Shown: piece after piece, positions 1 to 13,624 of the stretch
How the letters are laid out: each line of letters starts with the position of its first letter
How positions within the stretch are numbered: the stretch's first letter is position 1
DNA from: Monocercomonoides exilis PA203
Taxonomy: Eukaryota > Protista > Preaxostyla
NCBI GenBank assembly: GCA_001643675.2
Contig: LSRY02000017.1
Location: 434,001 to 498,000, forward strand
Direction of reading: 5' to 3'
DNA: 64,000 nt
Notes under the pieces: model-generated
Database searches by the model: none
Told to the model about the DNA's origin: nothing
The model's input: only the letters and a program-made list of their open reading frames with translations
Made by a program: the position numbers and the translations under genes

Positions 1-602
1 GGCTTTATGATGAGGGTATACATGTGAGTGTAGTTATCATGAACCGTCTCCATCATTGTACGTGTCTGAAATGTATAGTTACCAAATTTCATGATGAAGT
101 GGAGAGGAGTACTAACATCTGATCTATAATCCGCACCAAACATAATTTCATATGGATCTGATTCACAGAATTTTTTTTGATCAATTTCATCAGACAACAA
201 TTTAATATATGCACCAGTCATATTTGCTCGTTCTTCCATTTTGACTGTATATGAAATGATTAATAATTTACCCCTATTATCAATGTTTTGGCCAATATCA
301 GCTGTGAGATGATAAAACTTTTTGTTATCAAGCGTTTTCATTCCAACTTGAACATCCCAATTTCCAAAGAATGTCCCAGCATCCCATCCGACTCTTCCTC
401 TCATATTATCAGTCTTATGTGCATCAGATTCAACCCATCTTTTTCGCCAATTTTCTGATGTTAACATTAAATATAAGGCAATTCCAAGATTATAAAGTTT
501 AAATCAAAACATAAAACATATCAAATTCACACTATTAAATTCTTCGGAAAACCAAATCTTCGAGTAAGTTAACGAAAATAACAGGAAAACCACCAGCCCC
601 AT
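1..602 (-). CDS. Calreticulin-like ER lectin/chaperone, N-terminal part (runs off window start); exons 602-533 and 454-1
   Basis: Not in the ORF track. Manual translation gives signal peptide MGLVVFLLFSLTYS, then KIWFSEEF, then across a GT-AG intron (532-455) NWRKRWVESDAHK...GMKTLDNKKFYHLTA...NRGKLLIISYTVKMEE...GAYIKL...DPYEIMFGAD...THMYTLIIKP. This is colinear with the calreticulin N-domain. Confidence 0.9.
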
Positions 603-649
603 TTTGATTCAACGCGATAATGGAAATGATCATATACCCATAAAATTTC
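603..649. promoter_or_regulatory. Putative minimal bidirectional promoter between the calreticulin-like and ferlin start codons
   Basis: Only 47 bp separate the divergent ATGs at 602(-) and 650(+). Confidence 0.55.
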
Positions 650-3592
650 ATGGAAGCTCTTGAGAGAGCCGAATCATCCCGTAATGCGGGGCCTGGAGGG
701 GTCCAGCAATTCTCAGTAAGAATTTGCGTTATAGAATGCAGAGATTTAAAGGCTAAGTGCGTTTTATTTTGATTTTTTTATAACTTTATTCAATTATCAA
801 ACATAACTATTGTATTAGAAACAAAAATATGATGTCTGATCCGGTGTGCTATATACGCACTTGTGGAGAATCTCAGCACACTACCATAAAGAAGAAAACA
901 CTTTCGCCATATTGGGAAGAAATGTTTTTCTTTGATGTGAAAGTTACCAGGCAACAATTTAATGATGCAAAGATACAGTTCCAGGTATTTAATGCGAATA
1001 CATTTAAAAGAAACGAACTCATTGGAGCGTTCGAATTTGATTTGGTATGCTTGATTGAATTTTTTGAAATTTAGAATAAAAATCACTTCGAAAAAATTTC
1101 TTATAGTCTCGTGTATATGGTGAAGAAAATCACGAAGTGTGGAGAAAGTGGGTGGGATTGTATAACAATGATGCAGGTGCTGATTTGCAAGGTTATCTGC
1201 GCATTTGCATCACTGTTCTTGGACCCGGAGATATTCCTCCAAATCATGACGATGACGAAGATGATGAAGAGGTCGAAGGAGATGACCTTCAAAAAATGGT
1301 TTTGCTCCCTCCTCAGATTGAAAGGATCGGATATGAACTGCTTGTTCGCGCATATAGAGCTGAAAAATTACCAAAAATGGATACATGTTTGCAAAAAATT
1401 TCCTTGAAGATTTATAAGCAGATTTTTTAATGATGTTTTTTTTTTCATTATTGAAACAAATATGACTTACAGTTGGAAAGGTTGATTGCTTTATCCAAGC
1501 ACAATTTGCAGCAGAAAAGAATGAGACAGATGTGGTGAAAGAAAACTACAATCCAATTTGGAACACCGAGCTCCGTGTGCCTGTGTATGTCCCTGCAATG
1601 ACTGACCGTGTGATGATCCGAACTATGGACTGGGAGAAGCTCGGCGATCCACGTCCGATAGCTACAATGAATTTCAAGTGGTCCTCTATTGTGTTGGATC
1701 ATTTTGGGCCGGCTTGGGTTAACACGTTTGTGTTGTTCATTATTTTAAGCTAAAATAAAAGTTATGTTCTTCTTAAATGATTTGATGCTTCTTTCTCAAT
1801 TAACAAAAAATCTTGGATGATAAATATTTTCATTTATTCCTCATACTCTTTTTTTTCACCTCTTCACACTTGACTTTCATACACAATTTCGACCTCCTTC
1901 AATAACATCCACTTGATTAGATATGGCGCCTACCCCGTCTCAATGCGTGACAAAGCACAGTTCGCAAAGGCCATCACTGCCATTGCGCGAATCAATGCAG
2001 GCGATATTCCTGCGTCCCATTACAAAGGAAGAGTTTTGCTGACTCTGCTTGGAGAGAGAGTGGAAGAACCTCGCTTGGGAATGGCTCCTATTGCTCCCTG
2101 CGAAGAGCCAGCCACGGAGAAATACGTGTTGCGGTTCGATTTATTTATGGGCACGGAGATTCGGTGCAAGTTTCTGGACAAAGTGTGTGTGTATTGTCGT
2201 GTCGGGCACCACGAGCTGAAGTCGAAGAAGATTGAGATGAAGCAAGGGCGTGTGGAGTGGTTCCAGCAGTTCGAGGAGCTGCACATGGTGTGGCCGAAGG
2301 ACCTGAGCCAGGTTCCGGACATTGTCATCGACATCGAGTCAGACAACACCATCATCGGCACCTCGCGCGTGGGATACCTCCGCATGCGCTGCGACGAGGT
2401 GCTGGGGTGGTCGCACACACCCGAATGGCACACGATCGTCCCCGACAGAACCAGCTCTGTCTACACAGAAGGCGAAGTGAGTGGGTTTTTGCTGTTGAAT
2501 GTGAATTTCGGAGTGGAGTCGGACTCCATCCCGCGCCGCACGCCTGTCATGCGGCCGCCCACGAACCCGTACCAGGTGCGTGCACACATCTACCAGGCGA
2601 GAGAGCTTCCAGCAGCAGACGACACAGGAACCTCTGACCCGTTCGTGATGATCACCTTTGGCGGAAAAAGTGTGAAGACGCGGTTTATCCCACGGACGCT
2701 GTATCCGATCTGGTACTCCACGCTCACGCTGGACGTGGATTTGGCTGAGGATCCGTTGATGGTGCCGCCGCTGATTGTGATGGTGTACGACCACAACACA
2801 CTTGGCTCGAACGATCTGATCGGCCGCACAGAAATCCCCTTCACGACGATGACGCGCCACGTCCCGCCAGAGCCGAAGTGGAACGAGTTGTACGTGGGCG
2901 ACGCCGACGAGAAAGAAGGAGAGCTTTTGGCGTCGTTCCAGCTGATCCCGCGAGACGAGGCGGCACAAGAGCCTGTACAGTCCATCCGCCCTGCCATGAA
3001 GCCCTGCGTGGTCGAGTTCCGCTGCATCGGCCTGCGGAATCTCGTGTCAAAACGCATTTTTGGCATCTCTAACCCGTTTTTGGAGGTTGACTGTGGAGAG
3101 ATCAAGACGCTGCAGAAGACGAGTGCGTCTAACACTCCCTCTGCTACATCACCGAATCTTTTGGAGGTGATGAACTTCAAAGTGGATTTGCCACTCAATC
3201 CTCTGTATGCACCCACTCTGAACTGCCGGGCGTATGACACAGGAATCAAGAACACTCTTCTGGGCACAACGTCAATTCCCCTGGGGCCATATATCCCGTG
3301 GAGCAATGAAGAGAAGCCGCAGAACAACCTGCCGGTGCGTGTGGATGTGATACCCGGGGCAGAGGCAGATCCAGAGATGCAGATGATGATGGAGGAGCAG
3401 CTGACGCCGGAGCAGTTGGCGCAGAGAGAGAAAGAAGAGAATCTGAGGAAGCTGAAGGAGAAGATGGACAACCTGATTCCAGAGGATATTACGCAGTGCA
3501 ACATGATATCGACAGAGCAGTTTGAGTTTGATCAATCGGAGGATGCTGAAGGTTTGGAGAAGACTTAATGCATAATTGAGAGAGAAAGAGAA

Positions 3593-3627
<35 letters not shown>

Positions 3628-5391
3628 AAGAGAGAATAAGTACTCTCTTTTGAAGGATGAAAAATGTTCTAAAAGAACTTTTTCAAACTCAAAAGATGCT
3701 GAGATAACTGTTTTGTATTTCTTTATTCATTTAATATCAAACAACCTTCATTCCCTATTTTTTTTAATGTAACATTTCCATTCATCATTTATTTTCTATT
3801 TTATTTAAATAAATATCCATTATATACTTCAGGAGTCCGAACGATGCCAGATGTAGCTGAGACGAAGATGGGGAAAGAGGCGAAAGAAGACAACGAACAG
3901 AAGACGATCGACCACGAACTGGAGTTCGATCTGAAGAAGCCTCCCTTCGACGAGTTCTCTCTGTGGCGCGGGCAGAAATTCGGCTTGTCCGCCCTGTCTA
4001 AAATTCTAGCAGACAAGTCACAGCCGGCAGGCACACGCACCATTGTCGGCAAAGTGAAGGCGAACTTGACTGTCTTCACAGCAGATGTCGCACCAAAATC
4101 GCCGATTCCTGCACAGACTGCTATTCGCGAGCAGTATGCCCCGCAGCCGTATGTTGTGCGCTGCTACATCCTGAGGGGCAGGCAGATGGTTCCTGTGGGC
4201 TCCTCAGGAAAGGCGTCGCCGTACATCAAGATCTACAACGGACTCAACAAGGAGAACATGATCATCGACAAGGACAACAAGAAGCCGAAGACGCTGAAGC
4301 CCGACTTCTACAAGTGCTACCAGCTCCCTGCACTCATCCCCGGAAACTCAGACCTGAACATCGAGGTGTGGGACCACAACCGCATCGGCTCCGACGATCT
4401 GATGGGGCGGACGGTGATTGACCTGGAGACGCGGCTGATGTGCGACCACTGGCGGGCGATGGCTCCGAAGCCGATTGAGTGGCGGGCGCTGTGGTCTCCG
4501 GCCTCGTCGTTTCCACAGGGTAAGATTGAGATGTGGCTGGAGATTATGACACCAGAAGAGGCAAGGCTGAACCCGCCGAAGGAGATATCACCTCCGAAAC
4601 AGGAGAACTGGGAGCTGCGTGTGGTGGTGTGGAATGCGAAGGATGTGGTGTTCAAGGACATCAAGAAGAACTCGCCGCTGAAGAAGATGGACAAGCTGCA
4701 AGGGCAGACGTGCGACCAGGAGACGCTCGACAGGGCGCTCTCGAAGAACTTCTGCCAGCGGATGTGCTCGTGCGACAACGACCTGCTCGACAAGGACTCG
4801 TCAGACATCTTTGTGACCGGCCAGATGGAGCTGATGAAGGACAAGCAGGAGACAGATGTTCATTGGCGCTCGCAGGACGGTGTGGGCAACTTCAACTGGA
4901 GATTAGTGTTCAATGTCATCTTGCCCTGCCACGTGCCACGACTGAAGCTGCAGATCTGGGACAAAAACATGCTCTCTGCGAACGACTCCATTGCAGAGGC
5001 AATTCTGCATCTGGGCGGGATATTTAAGAAGGGGTACAGAACCAAGCTGGATCAGAACATAAGAAAGCAATGGATCATCCTCACTCATCCGATGTTTGCT
5101 GGGCCACAGGGGCAGCTGGAGCTGTCAATCGATGTGGTGAATGAAGATCACTACAAGTCGAGCCCTGTGGGAAAGGGGAGAGCAGAGCCCAATCAGGATC
5201 CTCCACTCGAAGAACCAAAAAGACCAGATGTTTCGTTCCCACCATGGGCAGTCCATAAACGAGCGAAGCTTACATTTCAGGCATACAAAACGAGATTAAT
5301 TTTCTGGGGCATTATTGCAATAATAGTCATTGTTGCTATTCTCATCTTGATTTTGGCTATTGTTATCGGAGGAGGTGGAAACTCCAAGTGA
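650..5391 (+). CDS. Ferlin-family multi-C2 tail-anchored membrane protein (~1351 aa); exons 650-756, 819-1044, 1107-1386, 1473-1725, 1921-3551, 3833-5391
   Basis: All five GT-AG introns join in frame. Several C2 domains (SDPVCYI, SDPFV...VYDHN...NDLIG, VWDHNRIGSDDLMGRTVIDLETR). Ferlin signatures: WVNTYGA, YKGRVL, QGKIEMWLEI, WELRVVVWN, QETDVHWRS.DG.GNFNWR, PVGKGRAEPN, then a C-terminal TM helix. No DysF domain recognised. Confidence 0.93.
3577..3637 (+). repeat. (GAGAAA/GAGAGAAA)n purine microsatellite in ferlin intron 5
   Basis: Directly visible tandem gagaaa units. Confidence 0.85.
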
Positions 5392-5908
5392 AAGGAATGA
5401 AATAAATAGTCTTCATTTCATTTTGCCCTTTCAGTTGTTTATCGAGAGCATTTTGCTATTTTATTTCTCCTCTTGCCATCGTGCTTCTCCGTGCCTTCTA
5501 CTCACATCTTATTTTTGGTACAACCATCGAAAACTCACGTCACAAAAATCCTTCAACTTCCAATTCATTTCACTTTGCTCTAATCCAACACCATTCGCCA
5601 TCGATTATGTTCCTCAAATGGGAACTTATTATTTGTTAATTATTTTCTTTTCAATTTTGTTGTTTTGCTGCATGGTGCCATCTCTTCGTGTTACTTTTTT
5701 TTGAAGAGATTTTAACCTCTGTTTTTTTGTTTTTAAAATGAACGTCATGTTTGTGAAATGCCAATCAAAATATTGCTTTGGCATTTTTTTTGATTTCTTT
5801 TTGAAGAAAAATAAAATAAAAATGTTCATCATCCTGAGGTTATTTGTTGCAAAATTAATGAGAAATGCTCAAGAAGAAAAATGGATGACAAAATTTTAAT
5901 TATGATAT

Positions 5909-6393
<485 letters not shown>

Positions 6394-7314
6394 TTATATC
6401 CGATTCTCGAATTGATCACACTACCCCCAATATTTTGCTCTGAATTATTTCTTTAATTTTTGGTTTGAAAGTTTAATGTTTTATTTTTTTTAAAAATAAC
6501 AGAAACAACAACATATTTCATTTCATATAATTTTGAAGTTATAATAAATGTAATGTAAAAACAATGAAATGTTCAATTTTTTAAAAAGGATATTTTTGTC
6601 TTTGACTTAATGAATAATTAAAAAGTTGAAGTTCCATTGCCATTGAACCTAATAAATCAATATTTGAAAAAATATAATAAAATGAAAAATAAATTGAAAA
6701 AGAAAATATTTTTAACAAAGTTAAATTAAACAAAAAATAATCTTTGAAAAAAGAGAAAGAAGCAAAAAATATTTCTGTTTCTATGTATCATCTTTTTTCA
6801 AACAAATATAGCACAGTTATGACCCGATTACTCACCATTATTGCCCCAGTAAAGGCAATCCGATTTCACATTTTAACGTTTCACACAAAATGAAAAACAA
6901 TTGTTATGAAAATCAATACGAATCTCTTTTGAAGATTCAGAAAGAAATATTTTTGTAAATAATTCAATCTATGACTTTCACAAAATAGATTGCTTTCAAA
7001 GATGTAGAATTGTTAAAGAAAAAAAGGAGGAGAGCAGTCTTAAGGACCATGCATTTTAAATTATTATTATTTTGAATCAAATTCATACTTTAAATTAACA
7101 GCGATCAACTTGATTGCACATCAAAAAAAACAAAATGCATCAACCTCTCAAATCTTCTTCACTCAATTTTTGTAAACATAACATTACACTCCACATAAAC
7201 AAAAGAAAACTCTGTTTCAATTCATTTGCGATCATTATGATCATGAACCAATTATCGTAGATGAATAGTTAAGATCAATCATAGGTATAATTCATTTTGC
7301 GACAAAAACCACCC

Positions 7315-10300
7315 ATGTCGTTTCCCGAATGGCCAGACAAAGCGGAAATAAGCGCTATGATGGAAGCTAGAGAACTTGCATTTTTTCAGTCCAGAGGAGG
7401 AATTCCATCAATTTTACAAGCATTTCACACAAGTGTTGATGGATTGGATCCCAATAATTTAGATTCTGAAAAAAGAATGGAATTGTATGCTCAAAAATTA
7501 TATTAATTTCTCAATTCTGTTGTATATAAAATTTTTTATTTTGCTCATTTTTAATTATCTTTGAAAGATACGGGCGTAATGAATATGCAAAACCGGAATC
7601 AAAATCTTTCTTTAGATTATTTTTGGAAGCTTTTAACGATACAACACTTATTATATTGATGGTTTTGGCTTTAATATCATTGATTATTGCTGGAGCCGTG
7701 GAACATATGGCAGATTTATCGTGGCTTGATGGAGCTGCAATTCTTCTGACTGTTGTTGTGGTGACTTGTTTGTAACTTGTTTTTTATTTTACCAATTTAT
7801 ATATTTTTGTATGATTGTGAAGTGGTTACTGCGTGGAACACATGGTCACAAGAGCGTCAATTTCAAAAATTGAATGAAAGACAAAAAGATCGAGATGTTG
7901 TGGTTATTAGAGGTGGCGTACCACAAAAAATTTCAATTCTTGATTTGCTTGTTGGAGATGTTTTCATTATTACAACTGGGGATATATTGCCCGCTGATGG
8001 AATTTGCCTTGAATCAAATAACATTAGCTGTGATGAAGCAGCAATGACAGGTGAATCAGATCTAATCAGAAAATCACCAGAAAAACATCCGTTTTTGCTT
8101 TGTGGGTGTAAAGTTCAAACAGGCTATGGAAAAATGGTTGTTGTTGCTGTTGGAATGGACACACAATATGGAATATTAAAGAAAGCAATTTTAACATCAA
8201 GTGAAGAAAGAGAAGATACTCCTCTTCAACAAAAGCTTGATACACTTGCAAAACGTTTGCTATTTTAAATGAAATCGATGATCTTTACATTATAATTATT
8301 GTCAATTAATCATTTTGTTCCTGTTGTTATTTATATTATAATTTTAATTATTATTATTTCTTAGAAATTGGATATGTTGGAATGGCCGCAGCTGTTTTTG
8401 TGCTTCTTCTTCTTATCATCTTCTGGCTTATTCCAGCTATTCAAGAACCAGACCACTTTAAGACAGGCTCCTATTGGATCTTGCTGGTCGATTACTTCAC
8501 AATTGCCGTTTCAATTGTTGTGATGGCTGTGCCCGAGGTTTGCAATTAACAGTTCAATTAGAATTAACATCCTTTCACAATTATGAAACTCTTAATTATT
8601 TCTTATTGTAAACACTTTCTTTTAATCAATACATTTAACAGGGTTTGCCCTTAGCTGTGACAATTGCGCTGGCATATTCGATGGGGCGGATGCTTGCTGA
8701 TAACAACCTTGTGCGTGTGCTGTCTGCATGCGAGACGATGGGTGGGGCCACGACCATCTGCTCAGACAAAACAGGAACACTCACCAAGAACATGATGACT
8801 GTGACACACGGCTTCTTTGACGGCAAGCTTATTGACCTCGCAGACCCGAATACAGAACAGGCAGGCGGAATGAACAACGGGTTTATGAATCCATACGGAA
8901 ACGAAGCAGAGCAGTATGCCCAACAACAGGTGACCCATCATGTGTCACTGAACCAGCTGTCTGAAGAATACATGTCTCTGCTGACCGAAGCCATCTCCCT
9001 GAACTCGTCGGCCAATCTGTCTGTGGATGAGCACGGGATGATCAGCTACCTGGGGAATGTGACAGAATGTGCACTGCTTCAGTTCTCGCGCGAGCTGGGT
9101 GTTGACTACTCTGCTATTAGGAAGCGGGAGGTGGTTGCGCAAACATTCCCGTTTTCGTCAGAGAAGAAGCGGATGACAGTCGCAGTGGACAAAGGGAGCA
9201 GCTATCGCGTGTACACAAAGGGAGCAAGTGAGATTGTGGGCAACTTGTGCACGCAGATGGTGGTGAATGGAGGACAGCTGCTGAACATCTCAGCAAATGA
9301 CAGGATTGAAATAAACAACGTGATCAACCAGATGGCATCGATCGGGCTGCGGACAATAGCAATTGCTTACAAAGACATCAGAAAATCAGATGTTCCACCA
9401 CCAGAAACTCAAAGCTCATCATCATCATCTTCTTCCTCTTCATCATCTCATCATGCACCAAGTGGCTCAACTGATTCTAATCAAGCACTGTCGATGCAGA
9501 ACTCGCCAGCTGGGCTGGTGACTTATCCGTCTTCTGCATCAGCTTCAGGCAACTCAGCTCCGATTGAGAATTCATCGCGTCCTTCCTCCGCATTTTCGCA
9601 GAGCGGACAGCAGAAAGTGGACTACTGCCGCACACCTGTCACTTCACAGTACGAAGACATCCCCACAAACGAAGAGAGAAGAGATGAGAACATTGGCGAG
9701 AGGCTCAACCGCACGCCCATCCCAGGGATTGTTCCCTCTGCCTCGATTAACAGTGCAGGAAGCGAAGATCACTTAATGGGGAAACAGGCAGTGGGATCAA
9801 AGCCAGGCACTCCAAACAAGGAAAGTACCTCTGAGCAGCCTTTGATCCGCCCGGACAGAGACGAAGGCGACGAGCCGTCGGGTCCCTTTGGAGAGAAAGC
9901 ACCTGAGTCAGACATGATTCTCCTGGCTATCATTGGCATCAAAGACCCTCTTCGACCAGAAGTGAAGGCAGCTATGCAGGACTGCCACGATGCACACATT
10001 GTGGTACGGATGGTGACAGGGGACAACATCATCACTGCCATGCACATTGCAGAAGAGTGCGGCATATACGACCCGAAGATTGGGATTGCGATGGAAGGCC
10101 CGCTGTTCCGTGCGCTGAGCGACGAGGACAGGAAGAGAGTGCTGCCGCGTCTGCAGGTGCTGGCACGATCATCACCCATTGACAAGCTGACGCTAGTGAA
10201 TGGGCTGAGGGAGATGGGGCATGTGGTGGCTGTGACTGGAGATGGTACAAATGATGCGCCTGCTCTCTCAAAGGCAGATGTTGGATTTGCAATGGGCATA

Positions 10301-12007
10301 ACAGGCACAGAAGTGGCTAAGGACGCATCGTCTATCATTATCACTGATGATAATTTTGCGTCTATTGTGAAGGCAGTGATGTGGGGCAGAAATGTGTATG
10401 ATTGTATCCGGAAGTTCATCCAGTTCCAGCTGACTGTCAACATTGCTGCTATTGTTGTGTCTGTGTTTGGTGCGATCTTTGCCATCACTCCTTTGAGAGC
10501 TGTGCAGATGCTGTGGGTGAATCTAATTATGGACACACTCGCAGCACTGGCGCTGGCTACTGAAACACCCACACGTGTCTTGCTGAAGCGGAAGCCGTAT
10601 GGAAGAAACGACTCTATCATCTGCAAGTCGATGTGGCGGAACATCATCGGCGGGGCAGCGTATGAGGCGATCATTTTGATTGTGACGATGTTTCTGTGGG
10701 GCGAGAAATACTCAGACGCCACTTACCCTGCTGACACGAACTGGGCGGTTGAAAGATGCCCTCTGTTGGAGCCAAACGACATTGTCGAGTGTTCTCATGT
10801 GATGTTCCCCAAGTCAATTTGCCGGCGCTTTCTTCTTGACCACAACGTGGCTATCTTCTCAGAGGAGCATTTCTCGTTCGTGTTCAACACATTCATCTGG
10901 ATGCAGGTGTTCAACTGGATAGCGTCGAGAAAGTGCTACAACGAGATCAACTTCTTCGAGCGGATCTTGTCGAACCTGATGTTTGTGGGCATCTGGCTGT
11001 CGGTGTCTGCGCTGCAGATCATCATCATGCTTGTGCCTGGCATCAGAGACGCCTTCACCATCATCTGGATATCCGGACAGCTCTGGGGCTTTTCTTTCCT
11101 CTTTGCCATTCTCATCCTTCCAGTCAAGTTTATCCTCCATCTCATCAAAATGCCTGACCCGTTCAATGGAGAATTCGGCCTCATTCAGGAAGCAGAAGAA
11201 ACACTTGTACCGCCAGGCGTTTACAAATACGGTGTTTAAGTCGTTTTCTCTTTTGTTTTAATAATGCTTTATCTTTGTTTGCTACGCCGTCTTCTTATTT
11301 TATTGCTTCTTTTCTTTTCTTTCCTAATTTATTTATTTATTTATTTATTTTTATTTGACCTTTTTTTGCCTTTATATTCTATTTTATATTCTATTTGTTC
11401 TTTATTTTTTTTTCAATGCACAATTACAGAAGCTGTAGTGCCACAAGAATCATGGGTTGATCCCGAATCCAGTCAAAACAATGCCTCTTCATCATCATCA
11501 ACATCCTCCTCCTCCTCCTCTTCTTCCTCTTCTTCTTCTTCATATTCTGATTATCCTGTGGATTCAGGAACCGACCCAGCGCACCCTCAGCGCTCTGAAA
11601 GTGGCGCACTTGTGACTGTGAACTCAACCACCTTCCGGACAAACCCCATCGACGAGTTCGCCCCATCGCCGCTCACCTTCACTTCAACCTCCCAGTTCTC
11701 TCTCGGCCACTCTCCCTCGTCCACTTTCCCCACTTCAAATGGCTTCTACTCCCATCCTTCCACGTCTTCCCTCCGCTCCTCCGCAGAGCCTGTCTCTTTG
11801 GCTTCTTTACAAGCCATCGGCGAGCCTATCACTCGGACAGCGGACCATCGCTGGAGCATGGTGCGGCACCTTGTTATCGGCACGGCTAAATGGAGGCGCT
11901 TCCGCAAGCCGCTGATCCCGCAGGCAGGAGTCATCCACGTGACGGAAGAGTTTCTCGATCCAGAGGAAGCATATCATCGCAATCTTCCTTTGGAGCGAAT
12001 GAAGTGA
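7315..12007 (+). CDS. P-type IIB (PMCA-type) Ca2+-transporting ATPase (~1380 aa); exons 7315-7484, 7568-7767, 7823-8254, 8365-8537, 8642-11231, 11430-12007
   Basis: Motifs TGES, VPEGLPLAVT, CETMGGATTICSDKTGTLT (phospho-Asp), KGASE, DPLRPEV, MVTGDN, ARSSP.DK, TGDGTNDAPAL, FIQFQLTVN and LWVNLIMDT. All introns are phase-compatible. The last exon is supported by phase match and coding character only. Confidence 0.95.
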
Positions 12008-13624
12008 AACTGGTTGGTTTTATTTTTTTATTTTATTTTATTTTATTTTATTTATTTAAAGAGCCATGTATATAGTTCCATAGAAATGTGGATGATTTGA
12101 TAAATGTTGCTTTTTATAAACAGAAAGAGAAAAAGCGTTCAATTAGTATTGAAAGCAATAAAAAGCAGTTTTTATTGACTTGCGAAGCGGAGCATTTATT
12201 ATTACCATTTCCTTGTAATACGCACATCACTTATACAACACTTCAGTAAATGTCTTGTGTTCTTTTAAAGCTGATTATTTTTTATTTTTTATTTTTTCCC
12301 CCCTTAAAGTATAAAATTGACATGTCACAGATTTTTTATCTATTCAACTCTCAGTTTTTAACCTTATCTTCCCTTGTTTATTTCTTAATGTTATCAATAT
12401 TCATTCTTCTTCTTCTTCTGCATTAAGAATTTTTATAATGTAATTCTAGTTTTGCTCCTTGTGAATGCAATTTTTTTATTGTTTTCTTTTCTTTTCTTTT
12501 CTTTTCTTTTTCTTTTTATTTTCAGTTTTTTTCTTTTTCTTTTTCCTTTTGTATATGTTTGTTTTAATAAATCGATCAATCGAGTTCAGTTTTTTAAGAG
12601 ACTTATAGCAACTCCAAACATTTATCATGGATTATTGTATGTTGCTAATGAAAGTACTTTTTTACTCGTTCTTTTTATTCTTTAGCAATAAAATTCTATG
12701 CATCCTTTTTCAGATAGTTTCAGCTAACCTTCCTATTTTTTTATTTGATTTATAAAAGTCTTCTTATATTTGCTATCGAATTATTTGTATCGATTTTTGC
12801 ATTTTTTTTTATTTTAAGAGAAAAATTGAAACGATTAAAGCTTTTTACAACCTTTATATTATTTTGATTTTTCTGATTGTTGACTTGCCACACAGCACAA
12901 AATATATTCATCTTTTTTATTTTAATAAAATATAGACATCGCAACAATGATATTTTCTTTTCTCTTCTTTTATTGTATAAATAATCTTTTATTAAAAGGG
13001 AATGTGTAATTGTAAAAGATGGTGATAAACAAACTGATTATTGGGGAAAAAAATGTTTAATTAACGCTTCCATCATCAAGTTGCTCTCAAAACATCTTTT
13101 TTTAACTCCACAAAATTTCAAAAAGATTGATATTCAGTTAAAAAAAAAAAATCTTTATTCTGCGTTAATAATCTTTCACATTTAATGAGAAATCAAACAA
13201 ATGGAAAAAACAAAAATAACAAATAGTTAACGATGTGATAAAAATCGAATAAATTAAAAATTTGTGGTTAAAAAAAAAATAAAGTCATTTAGAGTACACA
13301 AAGAGTTATAATAAAAGGAATTCTTTTTAAAAATTCTCAAAATTAAAAAAAAAAAAAGCTAGAAATGCACTGAAACAATCATCAGATTCAGAAACAAAAT
13401 ATTGTACAAGAATTGAAAAGATGAGGGGTTTAAAGAAAAAATGTGATATTTAATTACCACGTTTCAACATTATATTGAAACACATCCAGAATACAACAAT
13501 AGAACCGCTTTTCTATACGCTTTTTTTATTTAAACTTCAAAATTATCAAAAGCATTCGTCACTTCTTTCTCACATACACATGCATATCTTCATCTTCCTC
13601 TTATCTCCATCCAACAACCCCAAC

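Noticed and set aside
2020-5088. Long overlapping ORFs inside ferlin (e.g. 2590-3504 minus) and inside PMCA (9769-10722 minus)
   Set aside because: Expected antisense openness of GC3-rich coding sequence, with no recognisable domains.
12452-12947. Phe/Leu/Ile-rich short ORFs in AT-rich intergenic DNA (also at 5360-5832, 23565-23955 and 60318-60599)
   Set aside because: Translations of T-rich UTR or intergenic sequence without coding-like composition.
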